Shown here: positions 35,001 to 48,550 of the stretch, in pieces
How the letters are laid out: each line of letters opens with the position of its first letter
Numbering within the stretch: the stretch's first letter is position 1
From: Anthoceros angustus
Taxonomy: Eukaryota; Plantae; Anthocerotophyta
Assembly (NCBI GenBank): GCA_010909165.1
Contig: VJWM01000253.1
Coordinates: 1 to 64,000, forward strand
Direction of reading: 5' to 3'
Length of the DNA stretch: 64,000 nt
The notes under the pieces: model-generated
The model's input: only the letters and a program-made list of their open reading frames with translations
Told to the model about the DNA's origin: nothing
Database searches by the model: none
Position numbers and translations under genes: made by a program

Positions 35001-35713
35001 TCGGGATCCTTGAGCACGAAATCTTCTACCGAGGAGTAGCGACCTCCCTCTAGTCGTCCCAAAGATCAATCGATCGCGATTCGATCGAGTCGTTCCGCCA
35101 AATCCTCCGACCAAACTGCTCCTCACGGCGACCTCGTCGTCGCGCCGATTCGCGGAAGATGAGGTGGTGTCACCGCTTTGAGAAGCAAAAACGTCGCGGG
35201 CGTTCGCGGCGGTTGTGGAAAACTCGTGCTCGGAGCGCGGCCCTTCCTAAATCACTTTGGACACCTTCTCTTCTCGACCTCCTTCCTCTCTCGGTGATCT
35301 CGCCTCTTCTTCCTCCTTCTCCCCTCGTTCCACCTCCGTCGCCTTGGCGTCACGGCGACTTCCTCCGCGTCGCTCGTGTCTCTTCCTCCGCGTCATTTCG
35401 TCTCCTTCCTCGCTGTCCGAGTGGCGGCGGTAGCGGTCTCTTCCTCCGGTTTCTTCGTGGCTCGTAAATCTCTTGCGGTGGACGGTGGTGACCTTCCGTG
35501 TATCTCCCTAGATCGACCCCTACGACATACGCAACCATCCTCATGTCCTCCAACCCGGTGTTAAGAGGAAGCAAATCACCCTTTAGTGTCTCAACCATTC
35601 ACCCTATGACAACTTAGGCGGCGTGAAATTTCTTCTCACCCTATGGTGACTCGGTCCCTTCTCAAAAACTCGACCTAGCGATGGAAACCACAAAACTTCA
35701 ACCTTTCAACAAG

Positions 35714-35727
35714 TCCCGACAGCGCCA
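35714..35727 (-). promoter_or_regulatory. PBS of gypsy A (tRNA-Asp-like)
   Basis: Minus strand TGGCGCTGTCGGGA after a short T spacer from the LTR end ...CTACCACA. Confidence 0.75.
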
Positions 35728-35731
35728 AAAA

Positions 35732-36904
35732 TGTGGTAGGAGAATCCGGGGCACTCCCAGGTCCTCCCACTATAAGCCACACTTATCCCTTTGTCGCCGT
35801 CGTTGGGTTTCGTCCCATGAGACTTGTGTGAAAGTTCGAGGCCTTGTGTCACCAATCGCTACACACACACTCTCGACCTTCTCAACAAGCAAGGCGCCCC
35901 TACTCTCCCTCTCACATGCACCACTTGCCTTTGTCGCCAACCTCGACCCACAACAATTGCGGGTCACCTCGTGAGGAGCCTACACGGGCGCCCGGACCCC
36001 AGTTCACACCGATTTCGTCCCTACTTCTAAGACCAAACTTGACCTACAACGACAACACAATTGCGGTCACCTCGGGAGCCTACCACGGGGACCCCTGGTT
36101 CACACGCGATTTCGTCCCTACTTCTAAGACCAAACTTCTCCACTCGGGGGCGCTCTTTTACTTGCAGTTGGGATTCGTCCCTTAGGCTCACGTGGCCTTC
36201 CACTAACACCTACACCTCTAATCCTCTACTCATCTTCTCATCTCCTCATCCTCTTCCTCCTAGTCTAACCTCGATTCGGGCTTCTTGGTTTACTCGCCCT
36301 TACAGCTGTTGCACAGGGTCGCCTCCACCAGCAAGTTCTTCCTTGGGCGGTTGCTATGAGTTTGACACGAGACGGCGAGAACCTCGAGTCTTTCCTGTAG
36401 TCTACCCTCAAGCCGAGTTCTCAGGCATTTGCCACACACCCAAAGCAAAGCAATTTCACGGCAACCATTCACAAGGGAGCAACTCGTTTAGGCACTTGCG
36501 TGAGCAAGTCCTCCACCAAACACTCCGACCACATGACTTCCTCTCTACCCAGACTGTGTTGGCTCCACGGCCGAAATTCCTCTGTAATGGCAAAGGACTC
36601 GATGGCGTGGCGCAAGACATGATACTTTACTTTGTGAAATCCTCCTCCTCTTATAGGAGGCCTTCCACATACAACCTCCCTTAGGTGACCCTCTGCGGTC
36701 ACCTTTTCCAATTCTATTATTTCCTACACTTGACATTTAATATACGGCACCTAAATCTATTATGCGATCCTTGGTAAATTCTATTCTAGTAACTTCACCT
36801 AAGACCATCCTTGAAGGATGTCGATCTACACCACCTATCCTTCCGTTCCCCAAAGCTCATTTATGGTCATTGACCATTCTTAGTCTATCTCTGGGGTGGT
36901 GACA
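35732..36904 (-). repeat. Gypsy A 5' LTR (also the 3' LTR of a further A copy)
   Basis: Matches 22064-23229. It is followed at 36905-37241 by the same 3' internal sequence that follows the other A LTR copies. Confidence 0.85.
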
Positions 36905-37241
36905 TGGCCCGGATTGGCTCCCTCGCCCTCCTTTTGCTCTGCCCCTTCCCATCTTGTCGCCTTAATGTGTGGGGCAAGTACCATCTGCCCCTTCCTCCAT
37001 CTCCAGGCGGCGCCTAAAATCTGTTATCTTCCATCGTTGGCGCCCCTCCCGCACCTAGCGCCTTTTCTCCGGCTTCCGCCGCTGGTCGCGCCCATTCATC
37101 ACCCCTACGCGGTAATGCAGCGAGACTAGGGGTGGTGACTACCATGGTGATCGGTACCTATCCTTCTTCCTCTTCCCTTCGGGTGAGGACCTCACGGTGA
37201 GATCTCCATTGCTCTTTTGCCTTACATTTGGTTTGTCCATA
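36905..37241 (-). mobile_element. 3' internal end of a further gypsy A copy, interrupted by gypsy B
   Basis: Homologous to 23230-23715 and 24925-25243; breaks at TTTGTCCATA|TGTGGTGGG, where LTR B begins. Confidence 0.8.
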
Positions 37242-38465
37242 TGTGGTGGGCGGATCCAGGCTTCAGTTCACCCATCGTCCACCATCACATGGATTTACCC
37301 CGTCACGTTGGGTTTCGTCCCATGAGACTTGTGGAGCGGTCGGATCTTGAAATCGATCGCTACCTCTGACTACACTACCTTCGGCCTTCCTAAACAAGCA
37401 AGGCGCCCTCTCACGCTCCTCCTGGCTACACTTTGCCTTTGCCCGTAAATTCTGCGCCTCTACCTACAGCGACACCCTCATTGTGGGTCCACCCCTCTGG
37501 TGGTGAGCCCTGCGTAGGGACCTACGTTTACGCGACTTCACCACCCGTGATCTTCCACTATTCCTTTCCCGGCCTTCCCACAATTGGCTCCTCAACCACC
37601 AACTCGGCCACGCCACTCCTTTACTCTGAATCACCACTCCTGGACCTACGACATCCTCGATCGTAGGTCCCGCCCTGACGGTAGGTCCACCGTCTCGCAC
37701 ATAGAGACCCTACGGTAGCGGTGCCTCACCCGTGATTTTGAGACCTTAGCCCGGCTTCGGTCTCGGTTTGGTGCGGTTGGGACCCCTCCCTTGGGCTCGA
37801 CTTGGGCCTTCTTCACTCCTCTCTCTACCTACTCCTCTACTCAACATTCAGCTCCACATTCTCCTCAACACTCACCTCAACTCAACTCCTCATCCTCCTA
37901 ATCTAACCTTACTTCAAGCTCAGCCCTAGCTCGCCCTTACGGCTGGCTGCACAGAGTGCCTACAAGCCAACAAGTTCTTCCTTGGGCGGTTGCTATGAGT
38001 TTGCAGACAGCGAGAACCTCCGAGTCTTTCCACGGTCTACCCTCAAGCCGAGTTCCTTGGGCATCGCCACACACCCAAAGCAAAGCAATTTCACGGCAAC
38101 CATTCAAGGAGCAACTGCGGGCGCCGCAAGGCGAGCTCTCCGCCAACCTCGCAAACTCCCTCTCTACCCGGGCCTTCGTTAGCTTGCGGTACGAACTTCC
38201 TTCACAGGCAAAGGACTCGCGGTAGGGGCGCAAGACACGATAATTTTACTTCACAAGCTCCCTCCTTTTATAGGGAGGTCCTCACATCTGACCTCCACAG
38301 CGCGCCCTCTTGCCTCACTCCTTATTTTAGTGTATCCTAGCCAGTTTTAAGTTCGACATCCAAGCATCTTGGGTGAAATTCTATTCTAGCAAATTCTACC
38401 TATGTGAGCCTTAATGGCTCTGTCAACATTCCTATCCAGCTAGTCAACACACCCCTGGGTTGACA
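37242..38465 (-). repeat. Gypsy B LTR (3' LTR of B1)
   Basis: TGTGGTGGGCGGATCC...GGGTTGACA. An alternative end at GTCAACA 38449 cannot be excluded. TATAAAA on the minus strand at 38266-38272. Confidence 0.85.
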
Positions 38466-38869
38466 AGCATTCTGTCCTCCTCTAAAGAAAAGTCTTCCCC
38501 AAGCAATGAGCCCACGCTCCAAGCTACCACCACCCTCTTCAATTACCTCTAGATGTCGCACCCTTGGTGATCCCTACGGATGTGGGGCCACCCTCTACAC
38601 CTCCTAACGTGGGGTCACTTCTTATGGCACTCCACTCTGCAGAAGGTCTCCGTGGAGATCTTGCTCCATGCCTTCCTCTTCCTCCTCCGAGTCATCTCCT
38701 CGGCTTGCTCATTCATTTCTTCCCATTCGACTCATCGACTCCGTCTCCGCTTGGGTCACAAGGTCCATGACCTTCAAACCTTCGCTTCTAGCATCCTTCT
38801 ATCATCCGTGGGGGTGCCAACCTCTCCCTCAAAGCTCTACCAGATCAGCCTTGATTCTAGCTCTATTGG

Positions 38870-41010
38870 CGAATTAACGAGGTTGCGATATTTGTTCTTC
38901 AAGTCTTCCAAGTCTGCGGGCCACTCGCCCGTCCCACTTCTCTTGCAAAGCCTCCCTTTCCACAGTAACTTGTATGGACATAGCATGATACTTCTCCTCC
39001 GCATCGTGGGAGCGCCTCAACATCCTCTTTTGCAAGGTATGATAGAACCTTCTCTTACGCACAACCAATAGCGGCGTACCATGTCCTCGGCTTTCTTGCG
39101 ACTCTCTTCCTCTTGCGAGGCCCTACGATTAGCTTCTCTCAGCCCCCTTGGCTTCTTCTAACTCCGGAGGAGTCCCATGACTCTTAGGGTCTCCTTCTCC
39201 TTCTCAATTCTCCTACCTCGAGGTCCTTGCTATTTAATAACTCATCCTTAGTCTCCATGAGCTCTGGGCCTCCTTTACATCCTTCTTGGCCATCGCCATG
39301 GCACAATTGTTGGACTTGTTCTCTCATCCCTCTCTTCTCCAAGACCCATCCTTCCTTCTCCTTAGCGTGTCACCATAATGCCATCCAACTCTTGCACCAT
39401 CTCTTGATGCCTCAACTCCCTCAAGCTCCCATGTAAGTCGCCTTTCTCTTTCCATAAGCCTACCTACACTTGACTCTAGCTCTAAAATCCTAGTTTGAGC
39501 TGCCCTTAATTCTTGTCCACGTTCCCTCTTGAGGCAACACCCCTAAAATTTCCTAGTTCTCCTTCCTTTATGAGGTAGCCCCATAGGAGGTAGCTACATG
39601 GGCAAGCCTCCTCTCATCCAAGTTCCTTGCTATCCCACATCGCCACACCTCTTAAAGTGTCCAGTCGCCACGGATGTTTGAGACATCCATGGGTCGTTCA
39701 ATTCAAAACCATGTCACCCCTAGCTCCATTCTCGCTCATTGCGCCTCCTTCTGGGCCCCTCCATACCTATCCATAGGCCTATCCATTTGACTGCCACTCC
39801 ACTAGGAGCCCTACGCCTATAGGTAGGGACACTTGCACCCCTCACTGCCTCGGGTGCCACACGCCTGGGGACTCGACCTCGCTCACTTCCCTCGGTGGGG
39901 GTGCCTCCCTACGTCATCCCGATCTGCCCTGTAGGGGCAGCGGTGGGCCTCCACAGCCCCATGGGTTATTACCCTTCCTACTTGCCCAAGTTCCGGTTGG
40001 TTTCTCCTTCTCTTCCTCCATACCGGCTCTTCTTGCGGCTTCCTCCGCAATGGAAGCCGCCTTGACTCTCTCCACGAGCTTCTTCGCTCTCCACCGCCGT
40101 GAGTGGATCCAACTCACCGCTTCCTACCACCTTCTTCCCGATGCTCTCATTGAATGAACTTCTTCTCCTCCTTCACTGCGTGGGACAAGTAGGCTCCTCC
40201 ATTGCTTTCCTCTTCTTCCCGTCTCTTGTTGGGGAACTTCTCTCACGGGCTTAGGGACTCCGCATCCAATGATACCACTTGAAGTCCATCTTGGAAAATT
40301 CCAATTCACAGCTTCAATAATCCTTGGAGCTCATAAATAGAATCGTAGGTGGAGGTATGTATTTCTCGTGCTCTTGGATTCCTCGCATTGGGTATAAGCA
40401 ACCTTCAGCGGTGTGCGGTATAAACATCATACATTACCATTCCCCAATGCGGTAGCCCCCTAGACAACCTCGGATGAAATATAGCTGCGCATCACTAAGA
40501 TATGTCTTCCGTTGCGCACTCACCAATCAAGGAGAATCTTAGCAAATGTTCTCCATTTCTCCTTGAGTTCTTGATTGCACCAACCACCTTTCTCCCTAGA
40601 CTTATGCCCGCGTTGTAACATGTCCATAGCTTTCTCAAGTAGCTCATGACACTTCCGATTCTCCTTTTCTCTTCCCCTTCTCCTCAACCTTCCTTTCAAG
40701 CTCCATAATCGCAATCCCTCGAGCCTCCTCATTTGGTCTTCCATATACATCGGATGTGTTGTCCACAGATCGATCCTTGCATCCCTATGTCCTCGTTCCT
40801 GCGTGGCATAGTGAAGTTTATGAAGCACTCCTCTATCATCTCCAAGTTGACATAGGCCCGATGGCGGTAACACCCATTGCACGTTGGGTTCTCTCCCAAA
40901 GCTGCAGAATGCTACCAAGTGCCTAGCCTCCACATGCGGAAGCAATTAAATGCACCTCTTCTCCCCCTAGCAACCAATTTGCCCTTCTTAGGTGCGGGCG
41001 CTTTCACCAT
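38870..41010 (-). pseudogene. Gypsy B1 extra ORF downstream of pol
   Basis: Starts MVKAPAPKKGKL (ATG 41010); RHRAYVNLEMIEEC; HWGMVMYDVY; C-terminal coiled-coil (ELRAAQTRILELES). The end coordinate is approximate. Confidence 0.6.
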
Positions 41011-42299
41011 CTTGCACCTTCAAAATAACTACACACAATACAAGCTTGGGCACGCACGTGCTCGTTTCCACCTAGTTGTCACCTCGGTGCCTACACACAA
41101 TTGTGAGATTTCTTCACTCGCCACACAAGATCCACCAAGAGCAACCTTCCACTTACTTCCTCTTCACTCCACGGTCCCCTAGCTCAAACTTGGTGTCCTC
41201 ACAACATACACCTCCTTCGCCCAAATCCCTCACTTGCAAGGTTCTGGCACACACAAAAATCAGCGCCCTTGCTCTCTTCACGGTCGTGCTTCAAATCCTT
41301 CACACACAACCCCTTGCACGCACCTCCTTCTCCTTGCACACACACGGCACGCGTTCCCACCAAGTCCTTGCTCTAGCTTTCCTGCATGCCCAAGCTCTTC
41401 CTCGATTCCTCACGGACTTCCTAGGTGCTCCCCTCACACCCCAGCATGGCCCTTTGGTTGTGACAAAAACTCTTGATATAGGCCGTTGATTCCTGTGGCA
41501 CTATTTCCATCCTCGATTTAGTAGCCCTACTTGTTATAAACACCACCCTTACATATTTATGGATTATTATTCCTAATATACCCTATTTATCCTCAACCTT
41601 GCATATCACCCTTTTAACAACTTCCTACCTACACGCCAACAACTTCCTTGACTTGCTTGCAAGTATCCAAGTATGTCGCCCCCACCTGCACGTAGGGACC
41701 TCACCACCCTCGGTGGGACACTCTCATGACACTCTCATCCACCTACCTAACCTATCCCTACATGTAGTGTCACCTACTGTGGTCACCTTCACCCTACACT
41801 TCACCCCTCCCCCTACCTTGCTCATCCCCTACATGTCACCTATCCTGTAGGGTCACTACCACCATACTCCTATGTCTCCTACCCCATATACCCGTGGGGA
41901 CCCATGACCTATCTATGTAGGGTCACCTTTGTCACTCGCCCTCTGTAGGGTCACCTTTGTCACCCTACGCCTACATTCACCTTTGTCACCCTCGCCTACT
42001 CTATCAAGGGTTGCACACCCTCCCGCCAACTATCACCTACATCTACCCCTTGTAGGATGCACCTCCCCCAGTGGGGTGCCATGCCCCTCGTCCACCACCA
42101 CCCCTACACCTCCTTGGCGTAGGGTGCACCACTCAAACCCTCTCCCAATTAGCATGTGCCAAATATAACAAGCTGAAACACCCCACACAAAGGTGCCCCA
42201 TCCGACGATCCACCCCTAGGACGCTTAACTCTCTTACATTCCATTGTCCAACACACCCAATTGGCTTGTGCATAACACTCATCAAGAATAAAATGAACT

Positions 42300-45200
42300 T
42301 ATCCCTCGGTGAACTTCTCACGCCTCCACAACATCTCGTACCAACCCTGCTATCCATTTCTCCTCGCGGTCACGGCCTCCCTTCACACTTCATTGCATTG
42401 CTGCAAATTCCATGTGATGCACACCCCGTCTGATCTCTTCTTGCACTCACTTGAGTCAGGCTTCCACCAAGAAATACCCGGCAATTCCTTTGGCACTTTT
42501 GAGTTCGTCTTGATCCAAGTTTTGTCAACTCCAAAAAAATGAATGGCCCAAAGTTTTGCATTTCACATGCTCCCCTCCCACTTGTTTGCGTCCTGCAAAC
42601 AACTCTCTGATTGCAAGTACTTCTTCACTTCCATCCATTCACCACAGTAGGAGTGGCTCCCCAGCTCCTTCAATTGTCTTGAGCCATTTTATACAGCCAT
42701 GACCTCAAGGTCCCATCCACCTCAACCTAAGCTTCCGAAATCCATATATCGGCTATCATAGAAGAACCAAATCCCGGACACAATAGCACTTTGTCTCGTA
42801 ACTTCCCATCATGTCTATCCTTCCTAAGCTCCACGGATCGTTGGGTCTCCTCAAAGCATCCTCCCTATCTTCCTCATGCCCAATGAAAGACTCCAATCTA
42901 GCTAGTGACTATCTCTCTGAGACATCGCTCATCCTCCATGATCCTATAGGTAGGTACCTCAAATTCAACAGCATCACGGAGACATCCCATATGTTAAATA
43001 ATAGGGTCTTCTTGGTGGTCACCTTCTCTGCATCCTGTAAGCCCATAGCGGGTAGCTTAGTGTCCCAATCGTACATGTGAGTCACGGTTACCTTGGTCAA
43101 GATTGTACACAACGCCCATTCGTTTTCTCCGTCAAACCATTCGCTTTGGGATTGTAAGGAGTTGTCTTTCGATGCCGAATGTTGAAGTAGGTGGTGAGAG
43201 TCTCGATCACCGAGTTGAGGAAATGAGTTCCCCTATCACTGACCAACTCCAAAGGACATCCATACCTCGTTATAATGTTCTCAAAGAGAAACTTACTCTG
43301 CGGTCGTCGTCCTTCCTTGTTGCTTGACCTCCACCATCTTTGTACAATAGTCAGTAGCCAGATATATTGCTTCCTTGTCCATTGTGTGGGTGGCTTGATT
43401 GGACCTACAAAATCTATACCCACTTCTCAAATGGTGCCAAAGGTAGTATAAGGTGAGAGGCCCTTTGTGTTGACAAAGTGGGCCTTCAACCCTCGACACG
43501 CATCACACCTCCTAATAAATTCCCACATCCCTCGCATTGTAGCCCACAGGCCTGCATCCAAGACCTTCTTCACGGTGATTTGCGTCGAATAATGACCACC
43601 ACCTCTTACGCATGTAAAGCTTCAGACCAAAGCGACTTCTCTAATTTCCGGACATCGATCTTCTCGTCGGACCAAGCTTGTACAAGACCCCATCTGTAGG
43701 CAATAAGGGGCTGTCTTGTGGAAAAAACGCCCCTCCCTAGACAAACCATCGGGCATGATTCCATGCTCTAGAAAATTTTACCTCACCATTTTGAGATACC
43801 TTGGGCATGAACGCCCCTCACGTTCTAATCTCCTCCTTCCATGCATACCACGTCGCCTCCCTAGCTCGCCCACCAGCAGGCGTTGTTCCATCCACAAATC
43901 CAGTTTCTCCCGCTTTGTCCATCTGCAAGTTTTTGAGCTGCGGCCGTTTGCATGCTCCTCCTCCAACAACGTTCGGATTTCTTCCATTCCTGCTGGTCTA
44001 GCCTCATATCCAGGTCCAGCTCGTGCTCCCATGGCGACCTCCTCGCCTTGCACCTCCATGGCCACCTCATGGTGATTTCCCATGAATCATTTTCTTCTCT
44101 GCCGTTTTGCTCAAGCTTCTTGGGATGCATCTCCTTCCTCGCCCTCTGGCGCACCTACCTCCCTAGGGCCTTCTCCTCCTGCGGCCCCATGGCGCACAGC
44201 TTACCTCCAAGTGTGGCGCCTTTTCACAGCGCTCCATGCTCCATTTTTTGCTTCTTTTGCCAACGTGTGGCCTCCACTTGCAGCCCTCCGACTGCTCACC
44301 CTTGAGAATTCCAGCCTCCTCCTCGCGCCCATGGCGCCCTTTTATCCTCTCGGTTCCAGTTGTCTGCTGCGGCCTTTCACACTGGGCTCCCTTCTTGCTC
44401 ATTTGACCTCTCTGCTGGCAAGGCTTGCTGATCAATGCTTAGGCCGTCTACAACATGCTCACGTCCTCCCCTTGACCCGGCCGTGGCAACTCCTCGTCGG
44501 AAAATCGGTCATCTGGCTTCAAGTCGCTCTCCGGTTTTCGGACGAAATGAAATCAACATTATCGCTTCCACAACCTAGTTTCTACATCATAATCAAACTC
44601 TTGCAGCGGTAGTACCCACAGCAATCCTTCACGACATAAAACTTGTTCACAAGGTACTTCAGCAAAATGATCAACATGAAGCGTCACTTTGCAAGCGCGG
44701 TAGTGTCTAAACTTCTTACAGTATATGATGCCAAGACCTTCCCTCTCGTGGTTGAATAGTTCTCTCGGCATCCGTAAGTTGCGCATAGAAAATCGGATGA
44801 TCCGTTTCTTCTCGTCCTTACGGCTTAAGATGGTCCCAATGGCGTGGCGGACACATCCGTATACATGGAATGGTTTTCCCAATCGGTGGTTGTAGCGTTG
44901 GTGCGCTCACCAAGCTATCCTTTAGCTTCGAAAACTTCACTTGCCTGTCCATTCAAAGGCATGTCCTTCTTGGTCAATTGTCAACAAGGCCGCCTTCTTG
45001 GCAAAATCCTTGATGAATCTTCCTGTAACCTACCAAACCTACAAAGCACTGCCTCACCGTTTGGGCGCGTCCATCTCGCTATCACCTTCTCCTATCTACA
45101 CCGCCCTCACTTTGAAACTCGATGTGCTAGTAAGATTCCTTACCATCATGCCAAAATAACACTTCCTGGATGAAGTTTCATGTTGGACTCCACTGCGCCC

Positions 45201-46650
45201 GAAACATTGTCTCAGGTGCTCGGCAATTTCCTTCTTCAAACACGCAAAAATCATCTAGGAAGACCTCCATGAACTTCCTCAAAAATCTCGAATATGGCAT
45301 TCACTACCATGAAAAGTGGCGGGGGCATTGCACAACCGAAGGCAACTTAGAATAAGCATAGGTACCCCAATCCGTTGTGAGCGTGGTCTTGTCTGGTCCT
45401 CCTTCCTCAGAGATTTGGTTGTAACCGAATAACCATCAAGCTATACATCTCATGACACCTTGTCCTGTCCATGAAAGGCAAGGGATGGTGGTCCTTCTTT
45501 GTGGCCATTAAGCTTCACGAAATCTTACACACCGCACTTTCCCTTGCTTCTTTGGTACAATCACGATGGGTGCCACCACTCGCTTGTTAATACCGGATAA
45601 ATCACCGCCTCCAAGTATTGGTCTAGCGATCCTTGACCACCATAGAATACTTGGGATTCGGCTATCTTGCTTGATCCTTCGAGTCTTGCCCTCCTTCAAG
45701 TCTATTCGATGTATCCCCATTCTTGAGAATTCTGTCATGTCGGTAATCTTGAAAGCAAATATGTCTACATATTCCTAAGCAACCTACAAAACTCCTTCTT
45801 CTCCACTCTACCTAGAAATCTTGACCACCTTGCTGGGTTCTAGCTCTAAGTCTACCTGCGATCGGATCTACGTACCCTCGGACTACTACCTCTTCACGAT
45901 CCTTCATCGGAAAATCTCGATCATATGCTCTCCCTTTCCAAAACTACTCCTTCTCTATGTGCCTCCACCTTAGATCATCTTCTCGGAGCTTCTACTTGTA
46001 GGCGAGTACACCAACTTGGGTTTTATTTCCACCACGAGGTCCACGAAGCGGTCACTACCGAAGAGCTTACCCCGTACCTACAGTATATCCATCGGACGAG
46101 TTGGTTTTCCCCCTTCATAGGGTGCCTTGCTCCATGACACAAAGCTACCTCGGTGGCCCTACTCTACATGACTTAAAGGTGATACGACCAAAATCAAAAC
46201 ACCTATTCCATACAACCAAGGCTTCCTATCAAGACCTTGTAGCCTAGATCGACCGGTCTCATGACAATGTAGGTAAGATGGTGAGACCTCAATCACGGTT
46301 GGCACATTTCTCAACACCCCAAAGGTTTCCTCCTTGTTGGTCCGCCATCCTCAAGAATACCGAATCGGTTGAACTTGGTGAAATGGCGTCTCCTCTGTCA
46401 TCAAGTTGACTCGATCCGAATCTAATGGCACATTGGGCACCAAGCACCACGCAATTTCAATTTCAATCTCCCCCGGATCAACAAGTTCAACCACGTTTAC
46501 CTCCGGATCCATCGGCCTCCTTCGGCTCCACAGGTTGGGATTCCCCTATCGCCTCCTTCACAATTTTGCGGGATCTTGGACTCACATAAGCGCCTCAAAG
46601 TGACCACAAATTCTCGGTCAAGCAATGCATCGTGGCGGAGATCTTATCGA
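42300..46650 (-). pseudogene. pol: Gypsy B1 pol, frameshifted
   Basis: MGIDFVGPIKPPTQWT, FLFENIITRYGCPLELVSDRGTHFLNSVIETLTTYFNIRHRKTTPYNPKANGLTEKTNG (integrase); RVVAPIVIVPKKQGKVR (RT); GKPFHVY..AIGTILS (RNase H). Confidence 0.92.
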
Positions 46651-46699
46651 CAAAGGTTTCCTCCCGTTTGCAGCCCGATGCTGGTCGGCTCCGACCTTA

Positions 46700-48550
46700 T
46701 TTTAAACTCCACCCATGGCCCTCCTATGGGACTCCATGGCCGGATTCACAACGGGTTCCAACCTCTACCTCCATCTTTGCATGTTGGTGAGCCTTCTTAG
46801 CTCGTCCTCCAACATTGCTGCTACTTCCCTACTAATGTCGGGACACCTTTCCTCCCCTCCTCCACCGTAGGTCGCCCTCCCGGCGACACCTACCACGATG
46901 GTTCCCTCATGGACCTCCTCATTTTCCTCCTCCTGCCAAATTCCGGCTTCCGAGTCTCCCAGGCCAAGGTGAGTCCTCCTCACCTTCCTTCTTCGTTCCT
47001 CTCGCTCACGGCGCACGGCTTTTCGGTCTTCTCCGTCGCTCGGATCTGGTGGTGACCTTGGCCGCAACAACCCTTCTTCCTCACTCATTTCTCCTCATAT
47101 CCTTCTTCCACAATCCCAGTACATTGTCTCCATCGGAAGATCAGTCGCTTCCACCTTCAAAGCGGCGTTGAAGTCACGTGATAGCGGTTTGAGTTGGAAG
47201 GTGCTCCTGTAGGCTCTGTGAACCTCACTCTGGGCGTGTCGGCTACTCGTGGCTGAACACCTCGGATCTCGCCTTGTGTCCCAATTCTTTGCACACTTGA
47301 CAAGGTACATACCCCATTTGTCTCTTTGGTTACAGGCAATCATTGGAATAGTGACCGGTGCTCCAATTGTAACAACATCCGGTGGAATCGCCATTGGTTT
47401 GAGATGGTTACGGTCTCCATGGACTGGCGAGGTAGGCGAGACCCATACCTCATGATTGGCGGTCTGCGGGTTGGTAGGTCGCCCTCATCGGCGGGCGACC
47501 TCCGATTGCTGCACAGTAAGCCTCATCCACATACCAATAATCACCGGGCATGGCCCGGCTCCATGATTCCGCATGGCGTGGGGCTCGATACATTCCGGTT
47601 GGTGTGCCCAGTTGGTGACAAATTGAGCAATACACCAAGCTGTCTTGCGGGGAGGCGATCTCGTGTGGCTTGATTCTTCCAGCCTTGACTCTCCGTTAAT
47701 CTTGTCAAGGCTTCCGACCGCAATTCCTCCTCTCCTGTGGGCGTTTCTCCCTTCTCCATCCGCCGCCGTTTTCCCTTTTCTTTCCTTCTCCGGCGCGCAG
47801 CCTCCTCTTGCCTCTTCTTAACCTTCTCTAGATCTTCCTCATCCGTCGTTCGTAGGCTTTCTCGGATTCTTCATCGGATGGCGAGTTTTTGGGTACCACT
47901 CTCCTCACTCTCGGAAGATGAAGATGAAGATGAAGGGGAGGAAGAAGAAGAAGACAAACTAGATCTCTGGACCCCTTCCTCTTCTTATGACTCCTTCTCT
48001 TTTCCTCCTCCTTCTCTCCCGACTCCTCTTCATCGGATTGCTCCAAAGTTTTAGTCCCTCGTCGACAATGTACCTCCATTTTCCTTGATAGGCGCTCACA
48101 AACCAATCCACGCTTGCTCTGCGAGTAACCCGATGTGGGAGGATTGCGAGTCACAGTGCACACTTGGGACTCGATCCAAATATCCATAGAACCTTCAACG
48201 TAATCAAACAATGACTCCCGTTTCTTCCTGCGAAGGTTCTCAACTTTGCCAAGGTGTGGTGGGCATGAGCCCTCGGCGATTGAGCGGTCTTCAAAGAATC
48301 CCAATCTGGGCGCACTTGCCCGTGTTGTTGTACCTGGGCATGCCCCTCGGCAGCCGGGAAAATTCGCAATCGATCGCCACGGTGTCCTCCAGTTAGCATG
48401 AGACACATGCTCAAAGTGCGCAAATGCCTCCGGCGTCGCCCTTCTTCTTCTCCCCAAACTTGACATATTGTTGCATTGTGAGGTTGAGGCAAACCTCCTC
48501 CCCTCCTGCGGTTCCACTCATGTTACTTGACATGTGCACAGCGAATTCAA
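46700..48550 (-). pseudogene. gag: Gypsy B1 gag with two CCHC knuckles
   Basis: KKRESLFDYVEG, GLSRKM, VYCSICHQLG(H)TNR, CYNC(G)APGHYSNDC. Confidence 0.75.

Larger units (their letters stand above)
22064..36904 (-). mobile_element. Gypsy family A element (Athila/Tat-like, non-chromovirus)
   Basis: LTRs 22064-23229 and 35732-36904; Asp-type PBS; gag-PR-RT-RH-INT order on the minus strand; extra ORF between pol and the 3' LTR; GPY/F-type integrase end ([15 protein letters not shown]) with no chromodomain seen. Confidence 0.92.

Noticed and set aside
38870-41010. Calling the extra ORF an env gene
   Set aside because: The position is env-like, but no signal peptide or transmembrane segment is visible in the recoverable frames.
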